Shown: positions 45,935 through 55,465, numbered from the stretch's first letter. The stretch: 64,000 bases of DNA from a virus (IMGVR_UViG_3300033121_002118:32001-96000); one strand, 5' to 3'. Notes: a model not told the origin generated them from the sequence alone. Program-made: numbers and translations.

Positions 45935-46692
45935 AGTGGTCGCTTTCCTTTGATGAAGTCCACATCCGTGATCCTCATCAGCCTTATGCCCTGCTCCACG
46001 AACCAGGCGTCCTGCTTCCTGTCCGTCTCCCACTTCCTGACAATCTGCTGATCTCGAGGGACCGAGCTGCCGCGGATCTCTTCGATGGGACGGTCCAGGC
46101 CATGCCAGTAGACGCCATCCAGCTGCACGTACGTGTCCAGCGATGGAACGTAGAAATCAATGGGCCAGCCATTGACGTGTTTCTGGCGCTCGACATTCCC
46201 GAAGCGCTTGACCAGGTACTCATGGAGCCCATCCTCCGGTTGTGACTTCCTGTAGGTGCCATTGCGCTTCATGGTCTCATGGCGCTTCCTGCATCCCTCA
46301 GGGGTATTACCAGGATTCTGCCAGTCGTCAGGCCGAGTGGCATGAAACCTTTTGAGCGAAGCAGAACGTCGTTTTTCAGCAGTGCTACTGTGCGACGCAG
46401 CACAGGCACGTGCGAGGACGTCTGGACGAATCAAGGCAATGTCTGCGCGATACAGGCATCCACCAACCTTGAAGGCATCCCATCGACATCTGTTGGTGCA
46501 GAAGTGATGCTGCTGCTCAGACTTCATCTGCGCGTGGTGCCTGACCTCAAACTCACGCTGGCACTGGTCACAACGCATGATCGCCACCTGCGAGATGGCA
46601 CGTTTGTCGTCAGGACGCAGACGACGAGGTCGAACGATGTCGTCCTTGAGCGGCTTTCGCTTCCTGGGTCGCGTCTCAAAGCGCAGGAACAC
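45931..46692 (-). CDS. Putative homing endonuclease (CxxC + DUF559/Vsr-like domain)
   Basis: CDQC..FCTNRC; WPIDFYVPSLDTYVQLDGVYWHGLDRP. Confidence 0.75.
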   Translation of the reverse strand: MFLRFETRPRKRKPLKDDIVRPRRLRPDDKRAISQVAIMRCDQCQREFEVRHHAQMKSEQQHHFCTNRCRWDAFKVGGCLYRADIALIRPDVLARACAASHSSTAEKRRSASLKRFHATRPDDWQNPGNTPEGCRKRHETMKRNGTYRKSQPEDGLHEYLVKRFGNVERQKHVNGWPIDFYVPSLDTYVQLDGVYWHGLDRPIEEIRGSSVPRDQQIVRKWETDRKQDAWFVEQGIRLMRITDVDFIKGKRPL

Positions 46693-46738
46693 CGAGCCAT
46701 CTTATGGCATCAAGGTGTCATGTAAAGCACACGTTGTG

Positions 46739-46999
46739 TCAGGACATGTTCGTGATCTCGTCGACCATGCCCTCGAGGGCCACCTGGATCGCCTCGCGCA
46801 CGTCCTGCTCGTTTCTCTCGTCCTGTGCCCAGGACGGCAGGAGACCATGCGACTGCAACGAGTCGAAAATCGTATCGGTCATCTCCTGTACGAACTCGAT
46901 GAGCTCCGGACGATTATCGTCGTTGAACGGACTGCCCTCACGAAGCCTGCGAGCCTCTTGGACGACGATCTACTTCAGCTGCCCACGTGTGATACGCAT
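46739..46999 (-). pseudogene. Leader-family gene with an in-frame TAG at codon 10 (absent from the ORF track)
   Basis: Manual translation MRITRGQLK*IVVQEARRLREGSPFNDD...EITNMS*; TACATA box 5 nt upstream. Confidence 0.75.
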
Positions 47000-47003
47000 G
47001 TGC

Positions 47004-47465
47004 TTATGTATGCGATACGCTGCGCGCCAGCTCAGCCTGCAGCTCGCGTAGGCCCATCGCGTCCGCCGGCGCCAGCTCGAGAGCTGTCAACCCCGGTCCA
47101 TGAAACCATGCGAAGCCGACGACGCCGTCGAGGGCACGAGGCATCCCAACGGCGTCTGACAGATCGATCCTATAACACGTCACGCGAACGGGCGCGGCGA
47201 CCAGCGGAGGCTCGACCACGACCGAGTACACGACGCTGCCGACCCTGGTCACCTGGAGCCCGAGCTCCTCGCCCAGCTCCCGGACCAGCGCCATCCCGTG
47301 GGTCTCCCCCGGCTCCACCTTGCCACCAGGCGTCGCGAAGACGTAGTCCAGCATGGGCCGGTCCGGCTTGGGCATGCGCTGGATCATGAGGACGCGTCCT
47401 GCCATGACGACGGCCGCACTAACCACTTCGATGACACAAGGCTGCTGGTTGTGATCGCTGCTCAT
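47004..47465 (-). CDS. Nudix hydrolase (MutT-like)
   Basis: PGGKVEPGETHGMALVRELGEELG Nudix box. Confidence 0.88.
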   Translation of the reverse strand: MSSDHNQQPCVIEVVSAAVVMAGRVLMIQRMPKPDRPMLDYVFATPGGKVEPGETHGMALVRELGEELGLQVTRVGSVVYSVVVEPPLVAAPVRVTCYRIDLSDAVGMPRALDGVVGFAWFHGPGLTALELAPADAMGLRELQAELARSVSHT

Positions 47466-47503
47466 GCTCTCAGTTCTAGACTATCTTGGGAGACGAAAGG
47501 AGT

Positions 47504-48490
47504 TCAGACGCTCGAGGCAACGGCTGCCGCGGCTGCTCCGGCTCCAGACCCTGCGCGGACCAGCGCTGCCACCTCCGTCGCGCCTCGGGCGAGCTCGATC
47601 CCCTTGACAGTGGTCGCAGTGCCCTCCACGAAGCCCAGCATGCTCGCGCCTGCGTGGAGCACGCCCTGCAGGCCGCTCCAGGCGAAGTAGATCAGGACCA
47701 CCTTGAAGATCAGGCCCTGGGCACGTTTCATGGCTCCCTCCTTGCCCAGCTGGAAGTCCATGAACTCGAGATGGTCCTTCGAGAGCCTCATGCCCTTCTT
47801 CCACAGGAAGCTGTACACGAAGTACGATAGCTTGTCTGGGACGACCAGGTCGATCACCTTCTCCTCGAAATGGTGCGTGACATGGTACGCGTGCTCGAAC
47901 ATCTTCGATGCCCGCTCAGCCCCCAGCACCCGGGCGAGCTTGTGCAGGCCCTTGAAGACCAGGGGCAGGCCACCCATGACCGCGAGCCCCACTCCCAGCA
48001 CAGACGTGACCGTGAGGGACTCATCCAACCGCGAGCCCGCGGGCGGCAGCTCAGTCTCGGCGAGCGTCGCGTACAGGGTCCGCGTGTACAGTCCCTCGTT
48101 CGCAGCGGCTGCCTTCTCCCTGACAGGTCCCTCCAGGTCCTGCTCGACCTGCGCCAGCGCCTGATCCTTGCCGAGCTTGCCGAGCTCCTTGGCCTGCTTC
48201 AGGGCATCGTTCATGGGCAAGGACTCGCCCGTCTGCTGCATGCCCGCCTTGATCGCCGAGAAGACCGTCTTCAGATCGTCTGGCATGGTCGCCAACGCCT
48301 GCAGGCGTTGGCCGATGGCGGAGGCCCACTTCTGGGCGACAGACCCGAATTGTTTCGTGACGTAGGCCGACAGCTTCTGGATCCCGGCCCTGACATCGTC
48401 GAAGACGCCCTCGTCCAGCGCCTGCCTGCGCCTGATCTCTGCCCTGATGGCCCGCCGCAGCTGGGCCTCCTTGATGCGCTGGGACCTCAT
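47504..48490 (-). CDS. Leader-bearing protein with hydrophobic helices
   Basis: QLRRAIRAEIRRRQALDEG; hydrophobic segments VLGVGLAVMGGLPLVF and LIFKVVLIYFAW; TACTTA box 6 nt upstream. Confidence 0.65.
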   Translation of the reverse strand: MRSQRIKEAQLRRAIRAEIRRRQALDEGVFDDVRAGIQKLSAYVTKQFGSVAQKWASAIGQRLQALATMPDDLKTVFSAIKAGMQQTGESLPMNDALKQAKELGKLGKDQALAQVEQDLEGPVREKAAAANEGLYTRTLYATLAETELPPAGSRLDESLTVTSVLGVGLAVMGGLPLVFKGLHKLARVLGAERASKMFEHAYHVTHHFEEKVIDLVVPDKLSYFVYSFLWKKGMRLSKDHLEFMDFQLGKEGAMKRAQGLIFKVVLIYFAWSGLQGVLHAGASMLGFVEGTATTVKGIELARGATEVAALVRAGSGAGAAAAAVASSV

Positions 48491-48504
48491 CGTCCCTAAG
48501 TACG

Positions 48505-48999
48505 TCAGAGGGCGTAGTAGTCCTCAGGGATCGATTCTTTCCCGCGCCAGTCGATATCGGTCTCTGCTGCGGCGGCTGTCAGGACAGCGTCCTTTATCGC
48601 AGCGATGCTCAGCCCGCAGAGCGCGGTCACGACGTCCCGAAACACCGCGTCGATCCGTCCATGCATCGACGCGATCGCCTTAGGGACGTGCGACGTCATG
48701 CGGCCCTTCGCCTGCATCTTTTTTTGGACGTGATCGAGCCAGGCCTGTTGGGCCTCCTCCTTGAGCCTGAGGTATTCGAGTCCGTCGACCTGGGCAGCGT
48801 CGCACAGGACGAAATACAGCGGCATGAAGGCACGGCCACGTGAGGGATTGACGACCGCTCCCATGAGCTCTTCGACGGTGTCGCGCCTGTCGGAGCTCCT
48901 GGGCTTCGAGCGCAGCAGGTCCCTCGTGAGCCGCTCGATGTCGATTCCTGACTCACTGAGAATGACCCGCACGGCGGCACGTAGGACGGTCTCGTTCAT
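48505..48999 (-). CDS. Protein with divergent leader
   Basis: VLRAAVRVILSES; TACGTA box 7 nt upstream. Confidence 0.65.
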   Translation of the reverse strand: MNETVLRAAVRVILSESGIDIERLTRDLLRSKPRSSDRRDTVEELMGAVVNPSRGRAFMPLYFVLCDAAQVDGLEYLRLKEEAQQAWLDHVQKKMQAKGRMTSHVPKAIASMHGRIDAVFRDVVTALCGLSIAAIKDAVLTAAAAETDIDWRGKESIPEDYYAL

Positions 49000-49018
49000 G
49001 CGTCCCTACGTATGCGTC

Positions 49019-50005
49019 CTAGAGCCGGGCCGTCGCGCGGGTCGCCCTGTCGAGCCGTGCTGACAGCATGCCGCGCCAGCTCCAGGGCCGGGCCTCGACG
49101 AGCCGGTCCCGAAACTCTGCGGGCGTCATCTCGCCCGGATCGTGCCGATCACCCAGGTCGACCACCAGGACGTCGATCCCATACTCCGACAGGCGTCGAC
49201 CCAGCTCCTGCGACCTGACCCTCATGTCCGAGTCGAGGGCGAGCGCGACAGGAGTCCTGTTGACGAGGATTGAATCCATGAGGACGCCCTCCTCAGGCAG
49301 GCTCGACCCCAGCAGGGGCGCGGCGTTCTCACCGCACTTGACCAGGTCGAACGGCCCCTCGCACAGCACCAGGCGTGAGCTCCAGTCCACGTTGATCTCG
49401 TTGAAGACCACGGAGCCCTTGTCGACGTCGCAGTTCCTGTAGGAGACCATGCCCGGCGCCAGAGCACGGCCCGTGAAGAAGCTGAGCCCGCCCTGGCCAT
49501 CGAAGGAGGGCATGATGACCCTGTCCCGCCAGCCGGGATCATCACACACGCCTGGCCGAAAGCGCCACAGCATCCGGCGGTCCAGCCCGCGCCTGTCGCA
49601 GACGTACCGCAGGGCACGCTGCGCGGCCGAGTCTGACTCGGCCGCGCACGCCAGCATCCTGAAGCCGTCTGGCAACCGCAGCTCCGCGCACTGGGCCTCC
49701 TCGGAGACCGACAGCACCCTGCCTGCGAGGAACTTTTCCCTGTAGGTCGCTGCAGCCTCACGCGAGGCATGACGCAGGAGGAGCGGCATCAGGCTGCGGG
49801 CCTTGAAGCCGCAGACCCAACAGTGGAGGCACTGGCGCTCGACATGGATCACGAGCTTGTGCTTCCTGGGATCGCGCGACGAGTCGCACTCGGATCGCGG
49901 GCACCTGATTGCGACGTTGAGTCCATCGCGCGAGGGCTTGATCGAGCCAAACACGGACGCGATGAAGGCATGCATCTCCCCCACCGTGACGAGGCTCATT
50001 CCCAT
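49019..50005 (-). CDS. DNA primase (Zn finger + Toprim)
   Basis: CPRSEC..HCWVC; RVIMPSFD..GR; LCEGPFD; PLLG; ALDSD; DPGEM. Confidence 0.85.
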   Translation of the reverse strand: MGMSLVTVGEMHAFIASVFGSIKPSRDGLNVAIRCPRSECDSSRDPRKHKLVIHVERQCLHCWVCGFKARSLMPLLLRHASREAAATYREKFLAGRVLSVSEEAQCAELRLPDGFRMLACAAESDSAAQRALRYVCDRRGLDRRMLWRFRPGVCDDPGWRDRVIMPSFDGQGGLSFFTGRALAPGMVSYRNCDVDKGSVVFNEINVDWSSRLVLCEGPFDLVKCGENAAPLLGSSLPEEGVLMDSILVNRTPVALALDSDMRVRSQELGRRLSEYGIDVLVVDLGDRHDPGEMTPAEFRDRLVEARPWSWRGMLSARLDRATRATARL

Positions 50006-50020
50006 TCTGTCCCTTGATTG

Positions 50021-50572
50021 TCAGTGCCAGCGGCCGCCCGTGTTCATGCGCACCGCACCCATGGCACCCTCCAGCCTGTCTTCCGCCTGCGTCACGAACC
50101 TGTCGTACGCGATGGGGTCCTGGACGACCACCTCGATCCTAGGGTCCTCACGGCCTAGCACTGGGTCCTGCCTGGGGGACATGAACCGGGAACGATCGAA
50201 CCACGTGCACAGGGCATGGCCCAGGCCAAGTCGGCCCACAAGCGGCTGGGTCGCAAAGTTGGGGTCGACCACGTGAAAGACGCAGCGATCGACCTGCCCA
50301 GACGTCATCCTGAAGTAGTACGTGAAGCCCGGATAAGTCCTGGGCGACTCCATCATGTGGAAGCCCACAATTGTCGCGTACAGGAAGCTGGTCTCGGCGC
50401 GCTCGGACTGGCCCAGGAGCCGCCTGTAGTCGCCCTCGACCTGCCGTCGGATCCTGATGTACTCTGGGTCCCGACCGTCGGCAGCGAGGGTCGCATAGCT
50501 GACGGGCCGCAGCACATCGTAGAAACGTGGGCTCTGGTGCCTGAACACCAGGTCGGAGACGCGCAGGAACAC
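50021..50572 (-). CDS. Hypothetical protein
   Basis: Clean ORF with protein-like composition. Confidence 0.55.
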   Translation of the reverse strand: MFLRVSDLVFRHQSPRFYDVLRPVSYATLAADGRDPEYIRIRRQVEGDYRRLLGQSERAETSFLYATIVGFHMMESPRTYPGFTYYFRMTSGQVDRCVFHVVDPNFATQPLVGRLGLGHALCTWFDRSRFMSPRQDPVLGREDPRIEVVVQDPIAYDRFVTQAEDRLEGAMGAVRMNTGGRWH

Positions 50573-50578
50573 GAGGCC

Positions 50579-50863
50579 TCAATCGAGGAAGAATGACACT
50601 GTCTGGTTCGTCTCGTCAACGTGCCAGCTCAACGAGGCGTCCTGCTCGTCATCCCCATGCTGGGCCCACTCTTCGGGTGAGATCCCGAGCTCGGCCAGGC
50701 GATGCATCGGCACGTCTTCATAGGCATAGCTGCCCTGGGCAAACTCTTCCAGCTGATCGAGCACGGCATAGATCCGATCTCTGAACTCGTCGGCGCGGGT
50801 CGCATCATGAGACTCAAGTGCTTCCCGCAGCAGACCACGCAGACGCTTGATCGTCATCTTCAT
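50579..50863 (-). CDS. Leader-family small acidic protein
   Basis: MKMTIKRLRGLLREALES; TAAGTA box 6 nt upstream. Confidence 0.7.
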   Translation of the reverse strand: MKMTIKRLRGLLREALESHDATRADEFRDRIYAVLDQLEEFAQGSYAYEDVPMHRLAELGISPEEWAQHGDDEQDASLSWHVDETNQTVSFFLD

Positions 50864-50868
50864 GCACG

Positions 50869-51267
50869 TTACTTATTCGACTGGCAGTCCTTGGAGCGTT
50901 TCTTCCAACCGCGAGGCGGCTTCCAGCCCGCGGCGAGCGCTTTCTTCTCCCACTCCTCCAGCGTGACATCCGCCTGCGCGGCACGAACCGCAGCACGTGC
51001 AAGTGCCAGGGCCGCCCTGGCACTTGCATAGGACTCGAACTCGAAACAACCCTCGCCCTGGCGCTCGTGCTTCAGCGGGGCCAAGGCGTGCTCGGCGGCC
51101 CAGGTCTCGAGATCATCATCCTTGACGAGGGCCCGGTCTTTGGTCCTACGGTTCTTGTTCCAGGCCTGGCCCAACAGCAGGCCCATCTCTCGTTCCTCAG
51201 CAAGGTACCAGCCCACGCAGTAACCCCCGTGGTGGAGCGAGTCGACGACCAACCTGTCCTTCGCCAT
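50869..51267 (-). CDS. Hypothetical protein
   Basis: ORF with TAGGTT 6 nt upstream; WEKKALAAGWKPP. Confidence 0.6.
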   Translation of the reverse strand: MAKDRLVVDSLHHGGYCVGWYLAEEREMGLLLGQAWNKNRRTKDRALVKDDDLETWAAEHALAPLKHERQGEGCFEFESYASARAALALARAAVRAAQADVTLEEWEKKALAAGWKPPRGWKKRSKDCQSNK

Positions 51268-51311
51268 GGTAGAAACCTACCATGTCCGTGCCGCTGGCAG
51301 ACACGGTGCAG

Positions 51312-51908
51312 TCAGCAGGAGACCAGGGACCGCAGCCCGGCCAGGGCGACCACGAAGCTGTCGGCCTCGTCCATCGCCCAGTCCTTCACGGCACCGCCCC
51401 TCTTGGTCGGAAACGCGACATGGGCCAGCGGGCCTCCAGGTGCCGTGAGCTGTCGGAAGGTCTGGCGCTTCGCGTCCAGCCTCTTCCCGGCCTCGTCCAC
51501 CGCGTCGCGCCTGACCACGATCCCGCACGACTTTCGGGCCGAGGTCGCGGCCAGCGGCTCCGGCGTGCAGCCCGTCAGGGACCTCACCATCGCGCACGTG
51601 ATGCCGTTGAACTTGGCCAGCGTCATCAGGGTCGCGGCAGAGGAGAGGCCGGGCCTGAAGGCCTGCAACGACTCCTCGACGAAGGCGTGCGTGAGCCCTC
51701 CCTCGACGTCAGCGTCTGCCTTGACCGTCTCCAGAAACGCCTGGAGCTCGTCCACCTTGGCCCAGAAGCCTTCGATCCTCGAGAGCTCGACATGCCGCAT
51801 GGAGACGATCTTGTGCCCGTTGGGCACGTGCTCCAGCAACGTTGCCGCCGTCACGGCGGTGCTGACGTCCATGCCCAGGACCAGACGCCTTTCCCCGTTC
51901 TCAGCCAT
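51312..51908 (-). CDS. ruvC: RuvC-like Holliday junction resolvase
   Basis: VLGMDVST, FVEE, LAKFNG, DEADSFVVA acidic catalytic pattern. Confidence 0.75.
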   Translation of the reverse strand: MAENGERRLVLGMDVSTAVTAATLLEHVPNGHKIVSMRHVELSRIEGFWAKVDELQAFLETVKADADVEGGLTHAFVEESLQAFRPGLSSAATLMTLAKFNGITCAMVRSLTGCTPEPLAATSARKSCGIVVRRDAVDEAGKRLDAKRQTFRQLTAPGGPLAHVAFPTKRGGAVKDWAMDEADSFVVALAGLRSLVSC

Positions 51909-51987
51909 GCGACGACACTAGCGCGGGTCCATGATCGGTAAACGAACAATCCCACGAAACCCGACCATGGTCCACAGCACGGAAGAT

Positions 51988-52395
51988 TCAGAGGATGCCC
52001 AGGGCCTTGAGCTCGACCTCCGTGACCACCACGAATTCGGCGCTGTTGGCCGGGCACCAGGCCCGGGCCGCCGCGAACTTCTTGACGTTGGTGGGCCGAT
52101 CCACCCGCTTGGCGGGCTTGATCTCGACCACGAGGCGCCGGCCGTCCGCGAGCTCCACCAGGAAGTCGGGCAGGTAGACCCGGACCCTGCCCGACCTGGG
52201 CGCGCTCACGTAGCGGATCTCGAGGCACTCGTAGCCCCAGGTCTTCACAGCCGGGTCTGCGTCCAGGTGAGCCATGTACCGGGCCTCCCACGACGACCTG
52301 AATCGATGGGTCTGTCCCGTTTTGGTGGACGTGTAGTCGCCCTTCTTGGCGCGTCGAGAGACCCGACGCCTCCTTGGCTTCCTCGTAGCTGCCAT
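51988..52395 (-). CDS. TnsA-N/T4 gp4-like endonuclease (head-completion nuclease candidate)
   Basis: FRSSWEARYM.HLD..V..WGYE..YLPDF..VEIKP. Confidence 0.7.
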   Translation of the reverse strand: MAATRKPRRRRVSRRAKKGDYTSTKTGQTHRFRSSWEARYMAHLDADPAVKTWGYECLEIRYVSAPRSGRVRVYLPDFLVELADGRRLVVEIKPAKRVDRPTNVKKFAAARAWCPANSAEFVVVTEVELKALGIL

Positions 52396-52401
52396 GATCT
52401 A

Positions 52402-52608
52402 TTAGGCCCTCACGTCGTCCCGCAGCCTCGACACCAGGGCCTCGAAGTCCTCGCCCGTGTCGTCCATCGCCGTCTGGAACGCGTCCACGAGCTGGTCGTA
52501 CGTCTCGGTCCGGTCCGCGAGGTCGGAGAAGTCAGGACGACCACGCTCCGAGAGCCTCTGGGCCTCTTCCTTGACGATCCTGCGCAGCTGTCCCCTCGTG
52601 ATCCTCAT
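52402..52608 (-). CDS. Leader-family small acidic protein
   Basis: MRITRGQLRRIVKEEAQRLSE; TAAGTA box 5 nt upstream. Confidence 0.78.
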   Translation of the reverse strand: MRITRGQLRRIVKEEAQRLSERGRPDFSDLADRTETYDQLVDAFQTAMDDTGEDFEALVSRLRDDVRA

Positions 52609-52623
52609 GGTCTTACTTAGGCA

Positions 52624-55077
52624 TCACCAATCGACGCGGACACGAAAGCCTAGGCGATCCCCAAACCTCTTCACGATGGGCTGTGCCAGGACGGCGCGCG
52701 CGATCACGTTCATGTTCTCGTCGTGGAAGTTGATGCCGGTCAGGTACACGAAGCCCGTGTCGGGATCGTTGGCGGCGCCGGAAGGCCGCAGCTCACGGTA
52801 GGCCGGATTGGAGGACGAGTTGAGCCTGCCCGCGGGTGCCATGACGTCGACGTGCATGACGTGGACCGGGCGCTCGCCCCTGAAGGAGACCTCGAAGCCG
52901 TCATTGCCGAAGAGCGCCAGCACCGGGTGCCGCAGCACGATGAGGCCCTCCCCGTAGAACACGGTGCCCACGCTGTTCCAGACCGCACGGCCCGACTCAC
53001 AGTCGGCGCGGTAGATGCCGCCCTGGCCGTCGTCCCTCAGCGTCATCGACATGGCCCCGCCCGAGCCCGTGGTCGCGGGCTCCGACAGCACCAGGCTGCC
53101 GGGCAGGATCCGGGTGCCGTAGAACAGGTTGCTCACGTCGAACATCACGACAGAGTTGGACGAGGCCTCGCGGGTCCGTTGGTGCACCGTCGTCGGCACC
53201 TCGCGGTGCATCGAGGGCGTGTAGGTGCCCGCCGAGATCGCGAGAAGCGTCTGCGCGAACCTAGAGGCGAGGGCCGGGCCGGGCGAGGCACCGGGCGCCT
53301 CAGGCGTGATCCCCAGCAGGGCAGCGGCCATCGTCTCCTGCGAGCCGGTCGCGTCGTCCAGGACAGGACCGAAGAGCAGGCTCGACGTGCTCAGCAGGTC
53401 GTCGAGCCTGATCATCATCGGATCAGGATGACCAGGAGCCGAGGCATGGCGTGAGCCCGTCAGGCATGAGCCGATCAGGTCGAAGTTGGGCTGCCAGGTC
53501 CCATCGTCGCACGGCAGCACGACCAGGTTCCTGCGCCGCGTGAAGCTGTCGGTGTACAGGGCCCTGTTGGCAGGCACAGTCTTGTCTGCCAGCGAGGTCA
53601 GCGGGTAGAAGGCGACCCCGGGCATGAAGGGCGTCAGGTCGTTGGCCAGGTCGCATGCGAAGTTCTCGACGTTGATGTGATGGCCGTCGACCGAGAACGC
53701 CATGAGGACGTTGAACGGATCCTCGGTCGAACCGTCGTACAGCTGGTAGGGCGAGCACGGGACGCCGCCCGCGCCCGAGACCACGCGTCGAAGCGGGGAT
53801 GCCTGCCTGAAAAAGGGCGGCAGGTAGAAGCCATACTCCGACAGTCCACCAGGGGCCTGGCTGCCGCTGGCGGCGATCTCGTCGTTCGACGTGTAGGCGC
53901 GCCTGATCGACAGGTCGTGCAGCTCCGCGTTCAAGGGGTGTGCCAGCGAAACGTCGGGACTGGCGTCGGACGCCCACAGCTGGCGCAGACCCTGCTGGAA
54001 CGCGAGCGTGGGCCCAAACATGGGCGCGATCGCCTGGCTGCCGCTGTTGCTGACGTCGACGAAGTTGCCCACCGCGAGGACCGCAGGGCCCTCGCGCCCA
54101 GTGAACACCCTGGGCATGATGGTGCCCGACGGGACCACGAACGTGCCGCGATCGACTCCGTCGATGTTGAATGACCCGGTGCCATCGTTCACGTACTGGG
54201 TGCCCCACCTGACCACGACCCGATGCCATCTGTTGAAGTCGAGCGAGTTGTCGTCCGAGAGGAAGACCAGGTCGCCAGGGGCCGTGCCGGGCACGGCTCG
54301 ACTGGGCGCGATGTCGGCGCTGTGGCTCAGCTGCAGCTGCAGCCTGAAGGCCGCCACCCGTCCGTTGTGGTCGCGTGCCGAGCCTGAGACCAACGACAGG
54401 GCATACGAGGACGACATGTGGAAGATCGTGCCTGCATGGAACGGTCGATCGGCCTGGTCGGGCCTGTACCGCGGATTGATGCTGAGGCCGAACGTGAAGC
54501 CCCCGCTCAGGGCATACACGCCCGTCACGTGGCCGTCGTGCGTGGGACCGCCCGCGACGTTGGGATACAAGAAGACCCCGCCCGTCACCACGGTGGATGA
54601 CGTGAAGAAGTTGAGGCTGTGGTAGTTGGGCACGGCCCAGTGAGCGCTCGGGCACGAGGGCCGATGCCACGGGGCCAACAGGTCCTTCGCGACCATCTTC
54701 TTCGCCATGGCTGGACCCTGGGAAGAGGAAGGCACCAGGCGCCTGACCTGCAACGCGGCAAGGTTTCGCTCGGAGGCCCCCAAGGCATCGACCCCGTCCA
54801 TGTAGGCGGCGGCCTGGGCGAAGAAGCTGCCGCTGACGAGACGTGCCTGGAACCCAGCCTCCTGCACGGCCTTGAGCAGTGAACCCGCCCCAGAATCATC
54901 GTGCACGTCGTCCACGAAGGCAGGAGACCCGCCCGCGTCCTTCTCGGACCTCGACCTGCGTGCCATCACGAAGACCGAGCCCGTGACGCCCGCCGAGGAG
55001 CTCGAGAAGCTCCTGGCAGGTTCTGCGATGAAAGTGACGGTCTGGATGTCGGACCGGGTCACGTCGAAGATCGACAC
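52624..55077 (-). CDS. Virion structural protein (baseplate/tail; LamG-like central region)
   Basis: GTG at 55077 behind GGGAGG; W.RV.VRW..FNIDG (LamG-like); C-terminal N.SSNP..YLTGINFHDEN.NVIA.A.LAQPI.K. Confidence 0.65.
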   Translation of the reverse strand: MSIFDVTRSDIQTVTFIAEPARSFSSSSAGVTGSVFVMARRSRSEKDAGGSPAFVDDVHDDSGAGSLLKAVQEAGFQARLVSGSFFAQAAAYMDGVDALGASERNLAALQVRRLVPSSSQGPAMAKKMVAKDLLAPWHRPSCPSAHWAVPNYHSLNFFTSSTVVTGGVFLYPNVAGGPTHDGHVTGVYALSGGFTFGLSINPRYRPDQADRPFHAGTIFHMSSSYALSLVSGSARDHNGRVAAFRLQLQLSHSADIAPSRAVPGTAPGDLVFLSDDNSLDFNRWHRVVVRWGTQYVNDGTGSFNIDGVDRGTFVVPSGTIMPRVFTGREGPAVLAVGNFVDVSNSGSQAIAPMFGPTLAFQQGLRQLWASDASPDVSLAHPLNAELHDLSIRRAYTSNDEIAASGSQAPGGLSEYGFYLPPFFRQASPLRRVVSGAGGVPCSPYQLYDGSTEDPFNVLMAFSVDGHHINVENFACDLANDLTPFMPGVAFYPLTSLADKTVPANRALYTDSFTRRRNLVVLPCDDGTWQPNFDLIGSCLTGSRHASAPGHPDPMMIRLDDLLSTSSLLFGPVLDDATGSQETMAAALLGITPEAPGASPGPALASRFAQTLLAISAGTYTPSMHREVPTTVHQRTREASSNSVVMFDVSNLFYGTRILPGSLVLSEPATTGSGGAMSMTLRDDGQGGIYRADCESGRAVWNSVGTVFYGEGLIVLRHPVLALFGNDGFEVSFRGERPVHVMHVDVMAPAGRLNSSSNPAYRELRPSGAANDPDTGFVYLTGINFHDENMNVIARAVLAQPIVKRFGDRLGFRVRVDW

Positions 55078-55180
55078 TGTCAGCCTCCCGACGGAGGCGA
55101 CGCGTCCCGGCGCCCCTCCAGGCAGGGGCAAGGTACGGCCCCGGCGTCCGTCGGAGCTTACGTATGACGCCGGCCCGGGT

Positions 55181-55465
55181 CTACGCGGGCTCGTCGATGA
55201 CGAGCTGGTCCCTGAACTGCTCCACAAGCCCCACGGTCTCGGGCCGAGCCTTGGGTCCGTGCACGATGAGCCACGCCTCGATCCTGCGCCTGTCCTTGGA
55301 GACCAGGGCAGGCCACAGCTCCGACTCGGAACGACGCCGGGCCTCTCGCTTGGTGGACGACAGGCCGACGAGCCAGCGCATGAGGAAGACAGCGCTGGAG
55401 GCCACCGCGATGACGTCGACGAGCTCACGGGCCAGCATGCCTCGGAAGAGATGAACGGTTCTCAT
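55181..55465 (-). CDS. Small membrane protein
   Basis: One hydrophobic helix (VIAVASSAVFLMRWLVGL); overlaps the upstream stop codon. Confidence 0.45.
   Translation of the reverse strand: MRTVHLFRGMLARELVDVIAVASSAVFLMRWLVGLSSTKREARRRSESELWPALVSKDRRRIEAWLIVHGPKARPETVGLVEQFRDQLVIDEPA

Noticed and set aside
670-52608. Dispersed ~40-50 nt repeats as a CRISPR array, attC cassettes or DGR template/variable repeats
   Set aside because: They are protein-coding, irregularly spaced and non-palindromic, mismatches are not adenine-specific, and no cas, integrase or reverse transcriptase gene is in the window.
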